This document shows positions 25,155-35,719 of a DNA stretch of 64,000 nt, piece after piece (within the stretch, counting starts at the first letter, position 1; each line of letters starts with the position of its first letter). The translations under genes and the position numbers were made by a program. The notes beneath the pieces were generated by a model. That model ran no database searches and was not told where the DNA came from. It saw only the letters and a list, made by a program, of their open reading frames with translations. The DNA is from Myxococcota bacterium (GTDB lineage: Bacteria; Myxococcota_A; UBA9042; PHBI01; JAWLBL01). The stretch spans positions 64,001-128,000 of the forward strand of contig JAWLBL010000022.1 in NCBI GenBank assembly GCA_041687695.1, written 5' to 3'.

Positions 25155-27716
25155 CTAGTTGGGTGCTCCGCCGGTCACCCAGGCCTCGAGCAGCTCGTGC
25201 TGCTGCGCGCTCAGGCTGAAGGGCGAGCCCATCGGCATCGACCCCTCTTCGACCCGGCTGAGCATGCACTCGGCCACGGTCTTGCCGGGGCAGACGTTCG
25301 AGGCCTTCTGCGTGTCCGAGTAGTGGCTGACGAAGCAGGCCCCGCCCGAGCACGTGCCGGCGGTGTTGCCCTTGTGGCAGGGCACGCAGCTGACCTCGAG
25401 CACCTCGGCCTGGACCTCGGCGTAGGTCGGGACCGCCGGCGCGCACGCGCTGTCGTCGTGCTGGCAGCCCAGCTCGGCGTCGCACGAGTCCACCGTGCAG
25501 GCGATCCCGTCGTCGCAGTCCAGCGCCGTCCCAGCCTCGCAGCCCGTGGCCGGGTCGCAGGACTCGGCGCCGTTGCAGGCGTCGTCATCGTCACAGACCA
25601 GCGCCGTCCCCGCCTGGCAACCCGTGGCCGGGTCGCAGGACTCGGCGCCGTTGCAGGCGTCGCCGTCGTCGCAGTCCAGCGCCGTCCCCGCCTCGCAGCC
25701 CGTCGCCGGGTCGCAGGTCTCGGCGCCGTTGCAGGCGTCGCCGTCGTCGCAGACCAGCGCCGTCCCCGCCTGGCATCCCGTCGCCGGGTCGCAGGTCTCG
25801 GCGCCGTTGCACACGTCGCCGTCGTCGCAGGTGACCGCGTCCCCGGCCGCGCACGCGCCCGCCTGGCAGCTGTCCCCCTCGGTGCAGGCGTCCCCGTCGT
25901 CGCACGCCGTCCCGTCCAGCGGCGTCCACGCCTCGGCGGCCGTCTCCGGGACGCACGCCTCGCACGCGTTGTCCGGGTTCGTCGCCCCGCTGGGCACGCA
26001 CACCCCGTCGATGACGCACGTCGCCTCGACCGGCGGGTGCGCGCACGCCCCGTCCACGCACAGGTCCTGCGTGCACGCCTCGCCGTCGTCGCACACCATC
26101 GGCGCCCCGGCCACGCAGCCGGTCGCGCTGTCGCACGTCTCGACCCCGTTGCAGGCGTCCCCGTCGTCGCACTGGGCCGCCTGACCCGCCACGCAAGCCC
26201 CGGCGTCACACTGGTCGCCCTCGGTGCAGGCGTCGCCGTCGTCGCAGGCCGTCCCCGCCGCCGCCGGCGACCACGCGTCCGTCGCCACCGCCGGGTCGCA
26301 CACCTCGCACGGGTTGCCGGGGTTCGCCTCGCCCGCCGCGCGGCACTGCCCGGCGATGAGGCAGGTGTCCGCCACCAACGCCGAGAAGTCACACACCCCG
26401 CCGATGCACTGGTCCTGCGTGCAGGCGACCCCGTCGTCGCAGGCCTCGCCCCCCGGCGCGTCGCACCCCGGCGGCGCCTGGCACGTGCCCATGCCCTCGG
26501 GATCCCCCTCGCCGGCCAGGCACACCTCGCCGGCCGCCTGGCACCACCCCGCCACGCCCAGCACGCACGGGTCGCCGCTGGCCCCGAACACGCACAGCCC
26601 GAAGCTCGGGTCGTCCTTGGGGTTGTCCGGCGTCCCGTTGCCGTGCAGCGCGAAGGAGGCGCAGCCCATCCCCTCGCCGCAGTCGCCCGGCATCTTCTGG
26701 CACACCTGCGTGCAATAGCCGGCGATCCCGTCCTCGTCCAGGCCGCCCAGCAGGCACCGCCCCGAGAAGCAGTCGGACCCGTCGGCGCAAGCCTCGCCGA
26801 CCTGTCCCACCGCCGGCTCGCCCAGCACGCACCACGTCTGCGCCTTCAGCGTCGTCGGCTCGACGAAGACCTCGCAGATGTCGGACTCGCCGCACTTGTC
26901 CTGGCTGGTGCAGTAGTTCAAGCCACCCTGCAGCGGCTGGCACAGCCCGCCCCAGGCGCCGGCCGTCTCGCTGTCCTCCTCGGTGATGAAGCCGAAGCCG
27001 ACGCACAGGTGGCTCGCCGGGCAGTGCTTGTTCTGCGAGCAGTGCGCCGTGCAGGTCCCGGCGGTCCCTTCGCCCTCGCCCTGACACAAGAGCGACTTGC
27101 AGTCGCCGTCCGAGGCGCACGCCTCGCCCGCCGGCTCGCGGTCGCCGCCCGGGAAGCACAGCCCGTCCACCGTCTTGGTGCCGGTCAGCACGGCCGCCGC
27201 GCACACCGTGTTGGGCGCGATGGCCGCGCAGTCGGCGTCCGCGGTGCAGATGATGTCCTGGCCGGCGACCGGACCGGGCATGCAATAGATGATGTCGTCC
27301 GAGCAGCCCCAGACCGAGCCGAAGGGCGAGGCCGCGCTGACGTCGCCGCAGGCGTTGGGGATCAGCTGCCCGTCCTGCTGGCAGCGGCGCGTGCAGAAGC
27401 CCGCGAAGCACACCTGCTCCGGGTCCTGCAGGCAGTCCGAGTCGCCCTGGCAGGGCGAGCCCAGCTTGCCGTCGGGCGCCGGCGGGGTCACCTGGTCCGG
27501 CTGAGTGTCCTGCGGGTCGGGCACGTCGGCGGGCGGCTGCGAGTCCGGCCCGGGGTCGGGCGTCACGTCCGGCTCGCCCAGGTCACCTCCTCCCTCGTCG
27601 CCCTTGTGGGTGTCGACCAGCGTGTCGGACGACGCGTCGTCCGCCGGGGTCGAACCGCCCTCGTCGCCGCACGCGGCGAGCAGCAACAGACAACACGACA
27701 ACGTAGCCTTCCTCAC
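25155..27716 (-). CDS. Cys-rich lipoprotein with CDDGDAC repeats and a C-terminal c-type cytochrome-like domain
   Basis: Lipobox LLAAC; CDDGxAC(T/N) repeats; terminal YAEVQAEVLEVSCVPCH...GSMP...LLEAWVTGGA. Confidence 0.85.
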   Translation of the reverse strand: MRKATLSCCLLLLAACGDEGGSTPADDASSDTLVDTHKGDEGGGDLGEPDVTPDPGPDSQPPADVPDPQDTQPDQVTPPAPDGKLGSPCQGDSDCLQDPEQVCFAGFCTRRCQQDGQLIPNACGDVSAASPFGSVWGCSDDIIYCMPGPVAGQDIICTADADCAAIAPNTVCAAAVLTGTKTVDGLCFPGGDREPAGEACASDGDCKSLLCQGEGEGTAGTCTAHCSQNKHCPASHLCVGFGFITEEDSETAGAWGGLCQPLQGGLNYCTSQDKCGESDICEVFVEPTTLKAQTWCVLGEPAVGQVGEACADGSDCFSGRCLLGGLDEDGIAGYCTQVCQKMPGDCGEGMGCASFALHGNGTPDNPKDDPSFGLCVFGASGDPCVLGVAGWCQAAGEVCLAGEGDPEGMGTCQAPPGCDAPGGEACDDGVACTQDQCIGGVCDFSALVADTCLIAGQCRAAGEANPGNPCEVCDPAVATDAWSPAAAGTACDDGDACTEGDQCDAGACVAGQAAQCDDGDACNGVETCDSATGCVAGAPMVCDDGEACTQDLCVDGACAHPPVEATCVIDGVCVPSGATNPDNACEACVPETAAEAWTPLDGTACDDGDACTEGDSCQAGACAAGDAVTCDDGDVCNGAETCDPATGCQAGTALVCDDGDACNGAETCDPATGCEAGTALDCDDGDACNGAESCDPATGCQAGTALVCDDDDACNGAESCDPATGCEAGTALDCDDGIACTVDSCDAELGCQHDDSACAPAVPTYAEVQAEVLEVSCVPCHKGNTAGTCSGGACFVSHYSDTQKASNVCPGKTVAECMLSRVEEGSMPMGSPFSLSAQQHELLEAWVTGGAPN
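25518..25829 (-). repeat. Coding tandem repeat, 4 x 78 bp
   Basis: CDDGDACNGAE(T/S)CDPATGC(Q/E)AGTAL(V/D) x4. Confidence 0.85.
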
Positions 27717-28020
27717 AGCAGACCTCGCGTATCAGGCGCCAGTGCGGGCCCGCGGCGCCCCCCACGCGGCGTCGCGTCCCTCCGTCTTCATCCCCAATGG
27801 CGGCATCGTGACGCAAGGCGGGTGTGGAATCCAGCCCACCCGGCGCCGATCCTCACAGCGCCGGTCCCGCCCGTCGGCCCGTCTCCCGCGACGCTGGCTG
27901 CGCTGACACCTCATTACCGCTCCTTGCCAACCCGGGACTTGGCCGCATAGCGTGCCTTTCGGGTTCCCTCTCCCCGCGCGGGGCGGGCGACGAGGACCGA
28001 CCTGGCAGCGAGGCGACGCC

Positions 28021-31000
28021 ATGGCCGACGACGTGATCGACGACAAGCCCCAAGCCCAGCCGACGCCCCCGGGCGGCGCGCCGCGCCCTCCCGCCCCGCC
28101 ATCGCGCCCCACGGTGACGACCCCGCCCGGCCCGCCGCCGCGCCCGCGCCCGATCACCGCCCCCCGCACGCCGCCGCCCGGCCCCACGCCGCCGCCGCCG
28201 CCGCGCCCCGCTACGCCGGCCGCCCGCCCGCCGACCGGGCCCGCGCTGCGCGCCACGCCGCCCCCGGCGCCCCCGCTGCCCCCGCCGACCGCCGATCGCG
28301 CTGGCGCCGCGGCCCGCGTGGGCCGCGCGAGCCACTTCCCGCGCCCGCCCTCGAGCCGCCCCGCGACCCCCATCGCGGGCGTGCGCCCCCCGCCGGGTGC
28401 CGCCGCCGCCTCGGCCGAGCCCCCCGACGTGTTCGCCCCCGTCGCCCAGGCGCTGGTCGCCGCCTGCGAGGCCGAGATCGGCGCCCGCCCCGATCCTACC
28501 TGGGACGCCCGGCTCAACGCCGGCATCGCCCGCCTGGCCGAGTGGCCGCTGGGCGACCCGCGCCTGGCCGCCGAGCACTTCCGCCGCGCCGGCCTGACCG
28601 CCCCCGAGCACCTGCCGACCCTGCACGGCGCGCGCCGGGTCATGTTCTCGCGGCGCACCTACGAGGCGGCCCTGCCGCACTTCGACGCCGAGATCCGGCT
28701 GACGGCCGATCCGCGCCGCAAGGCGGCCCTGACCCTGCTCAAGGCGCGCCTGCTCGAGGACGTGCTGGGGCGTCGCCCCGAGGCGCGCGAGGCCTACGTC
28801 GCCGCGCTCGACCTGGCCCGCGACGACCTGTCGGCCCTGAAGGCGCTCGAGCAGGCCGAGGCGGCGGGCGAGGCCTGGGACGCGCTGGGCCGGGTGCTCG
28901 AGCGCACCGCCGAGGCGGTCGCCGCCGACCCGCGCCATCGCGCCGCCCTGGAGATGCAGCGGGCGCGCCTGCTCGAGGCGCACGGCGGAGACCTCGAGCT
29001 GGCGGCCGAGCTGTACGAGAAGGCGCTGGAGCTGGACCCCGACAGCACCAACGCGCTGTCGAGCCTGAAGCGGCTGTACTTCGCGCAGCGGCGCTGGCGC
29101 GATCTGGTCCGCGTGCTGACGCGCCAGGCCGAGACGACCACCGACCCCGACGGGCGCGTGCTGGCCTGGTACCGCATCGGGCGCCTGCAGGCGGCGCGCC
29201 TGGGCAACCGCGCCGAGGGCATCGCCGCGCTCGAGCGCGCGGTCGCGCTGGCGCCCGACGACCCGCTGGTCCTCGAAGAGCTGGCGGGTCTGTACGAGGC
29301 CGCCGGTCGCCACGAGCCGCTGGTCGCGGTGCTCGAGCGCCTGCTGCCGGCGCGGCACGAGCGCGGCGAGCGGCTGGGCCTGCTGCACCGCATCGGCCAG
29401 CTGAGCGAGCGCCTGGGTCGCGAGGACGCCGCGCTGGCGCGCTACGAAGAGGCGCTGGCCCTCGACGCAGCCTTCGTCCCGGTGCTGCAGGCGCTGGGCA
29501 AGCTGTACACGCGCCGCGCCGCCTGGGACCGCCTGGTCGCCATGCACCTGGGCGAGGCCGGCGCGGTCGAGGACGCCGGCCGCCGCGCCGCCGCCTACGC
29601 CCGCGTCGCCGAGATCTGCGAGGCGCGCCTCGACCGCCCCGACGAGGCGGTCGAGCACTACGCGCGCGCCCTGCAGGTCGCCCCCGACTACCAGCCGGCC
29701 TTCAAGGCGCTGACCCGCCTGCTGCCCGCGCTCGGCCGCCACACCGAGCTGGTCGCGCTCTACGAGGCCGCCATCACGCGCGCCCCGGACGCCGAGCGGG
29801 CCATCGCCTTCCTCTTCAAGATCGGCGCCCTGCACGAGGACGCGCTGGACGCGCCCGATCAGGCGGTCGCCGCCTACCGCCGCATCCTGAAGCTGGCCCC
29901 CAACCACCTGGGCGCGCTGCACGCCCTGCAGCGCGCCGCCGAGCGGGCCCAGCGCTGGGAGGAGCTGGTCGAGGCGCTCGAGCTCGAGGCGGCCGTCAGC
30001 CAGGACGCGACCCACATCGTCGCCCTGGTCCACCGCGCCGGCGAGGTGCTCGACGAGAAGCTGCGCGACGCCGACCGGGCGCTGGTCCGCTACCGGCGCG
30101 TGCTGGAGCTCGACCCGACCTACGCGCCGGCGCTGCGCAGCCTGGGCCGCTTCTACTACGGCAACGGGCGCTGGGACGATCTGCTCGAGATGTACCGGCG
30201 CGAGCTCGAGGCCATCGGGGCCGGGCCGGGGGCGGTCGCCCTGCTGGTCAAGATGGGCGAGCTGTGCGAGGCGCCCATCGGGCGGCTGGACGAGGCGACG
30301 ACCTATTACCGGCGCGCCGTCGAGCTGTCGCCCGGCCACCCGGCGGCCGTGCGCGCCCTGACGCGGGTGCTGCGCGAGCGGGGCGAGTGGCGCGAGCTGA
30401 CCGAGGTGCTCGAGGTCGAGCTGGCGGGCATCACCGAGCCGAAGGCCCGCGCGCTGGCCGCCTTCCGGCTGGGCACCGTCTACGAGGAGCAGCTGCAGGA
30501 CCCGGCCAAGGCCATCGCGGCCTACCAGATCGCGCTGCAGGCCAACCCGGCGCACCGGCCGGCCCTGGACGGCCTGGCCCGGCTGCGCGACGCGACGCGC
30601 GCGTGGAAGGACCTTTTGGGAGACCTGGGGACGCTGGCCGAGGCGCTGGTGGACCCGCGCGACCGGCGGACGGCCCTGCTGCGACAGGGCGAGATCTACC
30701 GGGACGAGCTGGGCGACGCGCGCCGGGCGACGGCCTGCTACGAGGCCGTGCTGGCCCAGCACCCCGACCACTTCCCGTCGCTGCTGGCGCTCGAGGGGCT
30801 GTATCGACAGATCCACGACTGGGACCTGCTGGCCGGCGTGTACCGCAAGCAGCGCGAGCTGTTCACCGCGCCCGACGCGCAGTTGGCCGCGCTGCGCGAG
30901 CTGGCGCGCCTGGCCGAGACGCGAGGGGCGGCCGTGCCCGACCTGCGGGCCGTCTACGAGGATCTGCTGACCCTGGTGCCGGGCGACCCTGCGGCCCTGT

Positions 31001-33390
31001 GGGCGCTCGAGCAGCAGGCCCTGGGGGCCCGCGACCGCGTGCTGCTGGCCCGGGTCGACCGGGGGCTCATCGCGGCGGCGGCCGACCCCGCCGTGCGCGC
31101 CGCCCACCGCATCCGGCTGGGCGAGACGCTCGAGGTGCTCGCGGCCGCGCCCGCGCCAGCCGGCGACGCGGCCGGCGACCCGACCGCCGCCTCGTCCCCC
31201 GGCGCGACCTTCGAGGAGGCCCTGGCCGCCTTCCGCGCCGCCCTCGAGGACGACCCCGACGACCTCGCCGCCGTGCGCGGGCAGGGGCGCGTCGCCGAGC
31301 GGCTGGACGACGCGGCCGCCCTGGCCGACGCCTGCCGCCGCGAGGCGCGCCTCGTGCGGGACGTCGGCCGCTCCGCCGACCTGCTGGTGCGCAGCGCCGA
31401 GCTGCACGCCGGTCTGGGCCGCGTGGCCGATGCCGTCGACGACGTCGACCGCGCCCTCGAGCTGGTGCCCGACCACGCCCCGGCCGCCGAGGCCCTGACG
31501 CGTCTGCTCACGCTCGAGGCGCAGCCGGAGCGGCTGGCCGAGCGGCTGGCGCGCGCGGCCAACGCCGGCGCGCAGACCGAGCGCAAGGTCGCGCTGTGGC
31601 ACCAGGTCGCCGCCTTGCAGGCCGACGCGCTGGGCGACCTCACCGCCGCGCTGCGCGCGATGAACGGCGCGCTGGCGCTGGCGCCGGACGACGTGCCGAC
31701 GCTGCTGGTCTACGCGGCCTACTGCGAGCGCGACGGCCAGTGGAGCGAGGCCATCGGCACGCTTTCGAAGGTGGCGCGGCTGGCGACCGACAAGCCGCTG
31801 GTGCAGGCGACGCGCCTGCGGGTCGCGACGCTGCTGTTCGAGCGGCTGGGCGACGGCGACCGGGCGCTGCCTCATCTAAAGGACCTGCTGGCCGCCGAGC
31901 CGGGGCACCGCGAGGGGCTGTCGCTGCTCATCGAGCTGCAGGTCGGCAGGCGCGATCTCGCGGCGGCGGCCGAGACGGCGCGCGGGTGGCTGGGGGTGGT
32001 CCCGAAGGCCGACCGGCCGGCGGCGCTGGTGCGCATGGCCGCGCTGGAGCGCGCGCTGGGCCACGTCGACGCGGCCGTGACCTCGCTGGAGGAGGCGCTG
32101 GCCGCCGAGGGGCCGGACGGGCCGGCGGACGCGGCGTTCCTGGAGATCCTGGCCGCGCCCCGCCAGGAACGACAGGACGAGGCGACGTTCCGCGAGCGGT
32201 ATGCGGCGTCGCTGGCGCGGCATCTGTCCCAGGCGGCCGGCGCCGGGCAGGCCACGGCGCGCCACTTCCTGGGGCTCGAGGCCGTCGAGGCGCAGCTGGA
32301 GCGGCAGGCCGAGGCGCTGGCCGTGCTGCGGCGCGGCCTGGCGGCGTTCCCGGGGGACGTGTCGCTGCTGCTGGCGACGGCGCGGCGGCTGGTGGCGATG
32401 GGGCAGGCGTCGGCGGCGCGCGCCGAGCTGGAGGCGGCGCTGGGCCGCGATCCCGAGCAGCCCGATCTGTGGCGGGAGCTGGCGGCGACGTTGGCCGGTG
32501 GGGGGGCGGCGGCCGAGGCCGAGCTGGTCCGCCACGCCGCGGTGGCGCTGGGGCTGGCGGAGGCCGACGAGGCGCGCCATCAGCCCCGCCCGGGGCAGGT
32601 GGCGGCCGGGCTGGTGACGGCGGCGCTGCAGCGCGCGCTCGAGGGGGCCCCGGCCGAGCCCGGCCCCGCCGAGCGGCTGCTGGACGGCGTGGGGCTGGCG
32701 CTCGAGAAGCTGCACCCGACGGATCTGGGGCGCCACGGCCTCACGCCGGCCGACCGCGTGCTGCCCGAGGCCAACCACCCGCTGGCCCAGCTGACCTTCG
32801 ATCTGGCGGCCCGCTTCGGCGCCCCCGAGCTGCAGCTGTACGTGTCCAAGGACGCGCCGGCCATCACGGTCGAGCCGGGCGAGCAGCCGATCGTCGTCCT
32901 GCCCGGCGCGCTGCGCGTCCGCCCGCGCGCCGAGCAGGTCTTCCTGCTGTCGCGGGTGCTGCTGCTGGCCAGCCGCGGCCTGCACCTGCTGGCGCGTCTG
33001 ACGCCGGGCGAGGTGGCCCTGGTGCTGGCCGCGACGGCGCGCCAGGCCAGCCCCGAGCTGGACGGCGGCGGCCTGCCGGCCGAGGCGCTCGACAACGCGA
33101 CGCGCCTCATCAAGAAGGGCACGCCCTTCTTCAAGGGCAAGATCGTCAAGCAGATCGCCCAGGACTACGCCGAGGCGCCCATCGGGGACGTCGAGCGCTG
33201 GGTGCGCACGGTGCAGCGCACCACGACGCAGCTGGCGCTCCTGGTGTGCGACGACCTGGGCGGCGCCCTCGAGGCCCTGCCGCGCGTCGAGGCGGCCGCC
33301 CGCGGCGTGGCCCCGACCGAGGCGGAGCTGGTCCGCTTCTGGGCCTCGCGCGAGGCCATGGACCTGCGGCGGCGGCTGGGCCTGCTGTGA
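28021..33390 (+). CDS. Giant TPR-repeat protein with Pro-rich N-terminus (myxobacterial AgmK-like architecture)
   Basis: Many TPR motifs (YEKALELDP, YRRILKLAP, YRRVLELDP); ATG 28021 with GAGG RBS. Confidence 0.85.
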   Translation: MADDVIDDKPQAQPTPPGGAPRPPAPPSRPTVTTPPGPPPRPRPITAPRTPPPGPTPPPPPRPATPAARPPTGPALRATPPPAPPLPPPTADRAGAAARVGRASHFPRPPSSRPATPIAGVRPPPGAAAASAEPPDVFAPVAQALVAACEAEIGARPDPTWDARLNAGIARLAEWPLGDPRLAAEHFRRAGLTAPEHLPTLHGARRVMFSRRTYEAALPHFDAEIRLTADPRRKAALTLLKARLLEDVLGRRPEAREAYVAALDLARDDLSALKALEQAEAAGEAWDALGRVLERTAEAVAADPRHRAALEMQRARLLEAHGGDLELAAELYEKALELDPDSTNALSSLKRLYFAQRRWRDLVRVLTRQAETTTDPDGRVLAWYRIGRLQAARLGNRAEGIAALERAVALAPDDPLVLEELAGLYEAAGRHEPLVAVLERLLPARHERGERLGLLHRIGQLSERLGREDAALARYEEALALDAAFVPVLQALGKLYTRRAAWDRLVAMHLGEAGAVEDAGRRAAAYARVAEICEARLDRPDEAVEHYARALQVAPDYQPAFKALTRLLPALGRHTELVALYEAAITRAPDAERAIAFLFKIGALHEDALDAPDQAVAAYRRILKLAPNHLGALHALQRAAERAQRWEELVEALELEAAVSQDATHIVALVHRAGEVLDEKLRDADRALVRYRRVLELDPTYAPALRSLGRFYYGNGRWDDLLEMYRRELEAIGAGPGAVALLVKMGELCEAPIGRLDEATTYYRRAVELSPGHPAAVRALTRVLRERGEWRELTEVLEVELAGITEPKARALAAFRLGTVYEEQLQDPAKAIAAYQIALQANPAHRPALDGLARLRDATRAWKDLLGDLGTLAEALVDPRDRRTALLRQGEIYRDELGDARRATACYEAVLAQHPDHFPSLLALEGLYRQIHDWDLLAGVYRKQRELFTAPDAQLAALRELARLAETRGAAVPDLRAVYEDLLTLVPGDPAALWALEQQALGARDRVLLARVDRGLIAAAADPAVRAAHRIRLGETLEVLAAAPAPAGDAAGDPTAASSPGATFEEALAAFRAALEDDPDDLAAVRGQGRVAERLDDAAALADACRREARLVRDVGRSADLLVRSAELHAGLGRVADAVDDVDRALELVPDHAPAAEALTRLLTLEAQPERLAERLARAANAGAQTERKVALWHQVAALQADALGDLTAALRAMNGALALAPDDVPTLLVYAAYCERDGQWSEAIGTLSKVARLATDKPLVQATRLRVATLLFERLGDGDRALPHLKDLLAAEPGHREGLSLLIELQVGRRDLAAAAETARGWLGVVPKADRPAALVRMAALERALGHVDAAVTSLEEALAAEGPDGPADAAFLEILAAPRQERQDEATFRERYAASLARHLSQAAGAGQATARHFLGLEAVEAQLERQAEALAVLRRGLAAFPGDVSLLLATARRLVAMGQASAARAELEAALGRDPEQPDLWRELAATLAGGGAAAEAELVRHAAVALGLAEADEARHQPRPGQVAAGLVTAALQRALEGAPAEPGPAERLLDGVGLALEKLHPTDLGRHGLTPADRVLPEANHPLAQLTFDLAARFGAPELQLYVSKDAPAITVEPGEQPIVVLPGALRVRPRAEQVFLLSRVLLLASRGLHLLARLTPGEVALVLAATARQASPELDGGGLPAEALDNATRLIKKGTPFFKGKIVKQIAQDYAEAPIGDVERWVRTVQRTTTQLALLVCDDLGGALEALPRVEAAARGVAPTEAELVRFWASREAMDLRRRLGLL

Positions 33391-33420
33391 CCCGGACCGA
33401 AGGACCGCCCCCAGCTGGAT

Positions 33421-34407
33421 TCAGGCGGGGGCGGCCTCGGCGGCGCCGACGCGCACTTCGAAGCGGAAGGTCGAGCCGACGCCCTCGTGGCTCTGCACGT
33501 CGATGTCGCCGCCCATCATCCGGCACAGCTGCCGTGAGATGGCGAGGCCCAGCCCCGTGCCGCCGAAGCGGCGGGTCGTCGACGCGTCCGCCTGGGTGAA
33601 GGGCTGGAACAGGGCGGAGAGCGCCTGCGGGGCGATGCCGATGCCGGTGTCGCGCACCGTAAACCACAGCAGGCCCTCGCCCGCCGCGCCGCCGGGAGTG
33701 GCCGCGAAGCCCATCCGCACCTCGACCTCCCCCTCGCGGGTGAACTTGATGGCGTTGGACAGCAGGTTGTTCAGCACCTGCCGCACGCGCCCCGGGTCGC
33801 CGACCACGCGCTCGGGGATCTCGGCCTCGCCCTCGAGCGTCAGCGTCAGCCCGCGCGCCGCCGCCCGGTGGCCGAACATCGCGCCGGCCCCGCCGAGCAC
33901 CCCGCGCGGCTCGAACGGCACCTCTTCGAAGGCCAGCCGCCCCGCCTCGATCTTCGAGAAGTCCAGGATGTCGTCGATGACCGTCAGCAGCGCCTCGGCG
34001 CACTCGCCGATGCCCTGGACGTACTCCTGCTGCTCGTCGTCGAGCGGCGTGTCCCGCAGCAGCTCGGCCATCCCCACCACGCCGTTCATCGGTGTGCGGA
34101 TCTCGTGGCTCATGTTCGCCAGGAACTGGCTCTTGGCCACGTTCGCCTGCTCGGCCCGCAGCTTCGCCTGTCGCAGCGCCAGCTCCATCTGACGCCGCTC
34201 CTCGACCTCGGCCTCGAGCCGCACGTACGACTCGCGCATCACGCGCTTCTGCCGCTCCGACAGCGACTCGACGAACTCGAGGTCGGTCCGCAGCCGCCGC
34301 ACGGTCCGCTCCAGCTCGCGCACCCGCTTGTGCAGCGCGTCACGCTCGCCCTCGAGCGCCGCGACGCGCGGGTCCGCCTCCTCCGCCTCTGGCCGCTCGC
34401 CCCCCAT
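33421..34407 (-). CDS. Cytoplasmic histidine kinase (coiled coil + HisKA + HATPase), no receiver domain
   Basis: [51 protein letters not shown]; start abuts the FIST stop. Confidence 0.92.
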   Translation of the reverse strand: MGGERPEAEEADPRVAALEGERDALHKRVRELERTVRRLRTDLEFVESLSERQKRVMRESYVRLEAEVEERRQMELALRQAKLRAEQANVAKSQFLANMSHEIRTPMNGVVGMAELLRDTPLDDEQQEYVQGIGECAEALLTVIDDILDFSKIEAGRLAFEEVPFEPRGVLGGAGAMFGHRAAARGLTLTLEGEAEIPERVVGDPGRVRQVLNNLLSNAIKFTREGEVEVRMGFAATPGGAAGEGLLWFTVRDTGIGIAPQALSALFQPFTQADASTTRRFGGTGLGLAISRQLCRMMGGDIDVQSHEGVGSTFRFEVRVGAAEAAPA

Positions 34408-35645
34408 CAGGCCCCCTCGCCGAGCAGCAGCGCCACGCACGACGTGTTGTGCAGCGTGCTCGGCCCGCCGCGCCGCAGCGGCGCGATCTCGCCGTTCGCG
34501 AAGAACCCGGCCAGCCGCGTCGGGTCCACGTCGAAGCGCCGCATCACCTCGACCACGGCCGCGTGCTCCTCGCCCACCCGGCTGCCCAGCACCCACCGCC
34601 GCCCCGCGCACGTGAACAGCAGCGCCGCGTCGGGCCGCGCCTCGGGCCCGTAGGCCTCGCGATAGCGCAGGATCGCCTCGCGCATGGCGCCCCGCGCGCC
34701 CCCGATGACCTCGGGCACGTCCGCGGTGGCCACCCGCACCCGGGCCCCCTCGGGCACCGCCGCCGCCAACACCAGGGTCCCGTCGGGCTCGGTCCCGAAG
34801 ACCGCCCGCATCAGGTACGCCTCGTCGTCGGGACGGCCGGCGCCGCCCTCACCGCCGCCCTCACCGCTCCCTTCGCTGCCATAGACGGCCAGCGGGAACT
34901 CGCCGAAGAACCCCGGATCCTGCTGCCCCAGGTAGGCCCTGAACGTCTCGATGGCCGGCCGGCCGTCGATGGTCCGCACCCGGTGGCCGTCGGCCGCCGT
35001 GACCCGGTGCGTCGGCCCCATCGGGATCCACCCGCAGCCGATGCCCCACGCCGCCCGCAGCGGCCCCTCGATCGCCAGCACCGGCACGGCGTCCGTCAGC
35101 GCGCGCCCGCCGCAGATCTGCGTCGTCGCCCCGATGACGCGCTCGTCCAGCCGCTGCGTGGCCGAGGTCCCTCCCACGATGGGCGCCCCGCCCGTCCCAC
35201 GCTGCAGCCGCTCGAGCAGCCCCAGCACGTCGCACCGCAGCCCGTCCGGCGTCGTCAGCACCAGCGCCGGCGGCGCCTCGGCGCGCACCCCGGCCCGAGC
35301 CAGCGCCTCGTCCACCGCCCGCGCCGGATCGCGCGAGAGCCCCTCGCCCCAGCCGGCCGAGAACCGCACCCGCTCGCTCGCGAACAGCACCAGCGTCACC
35401 GCGTCGTCCGCCGGCCCCTCGGCGCCCGTCAGGTCCCCGCAGGTCGTGCAGCCGATGAACGGCAGCCCCGGCCACCGCGCCGCCACGGCGCGCGCCGCGC
35501 CCGCCCGGTCGTACTCGCTGCCGACCAGCAGCAGCCCGCCGCTCGGCGCGCGCCCCTCGAGCGCCTGCTCGGCCCGGCCGATCGCCTCGGCGACCGCCAC
35601 GTCGCCGTCGATGTCGGTGCTCCGCCCGATGCCCGTGACCAGCAA
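34407..35645 (-). CDS. FIST N + FIST C domain protein (NosP-like sensor)
   Basis: [60 protein letters not shown] start with GGAGG RBS. Confidence 0.88.
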   Translation of the reverse strand: MLVTGIGRSTDIDGDVAVAEAIGRAEQALEGRAPSGGLLLVGSEYDRAGAARAVAARWPGLPFIGCTTCGDLTGAEGPADDAVTLVLFASERVRFSAGWGEGLSRDPARAVDEALARAGVRAEAPPALVLTTPDGLRCDVLGLLERLQRGTGGAPIVGGTSATQRLDERVIGATTQICGGRALTDAVPVLAIEGPLRAAWGIGCGWIPMGPTHRVTAADGHRVRTIDGRPAIETFRAYLGQQDPGFFGEFPLAVYGSEGSGEGGGEGGAGRPDDEAYLMRAVFGTEPDGTLVLAAAVPEGARVRVATADVPEVIGGARGAMREAILRYREAYGPEARPDAALLFTCAGRRWVLGSRVGEEHAAVVEVMRRFDVDPTRLAGFFANGEIAPLRRGGPSTLHNTSCVALLLGEGA

Positions 35646-35719
35646 GACCCCACCTCCCCCGGGTAGAGCCTACCCAACGCGCCCGAGGACCGGAACCATA
35701 CCCGGCCACCCGCTCGTCA

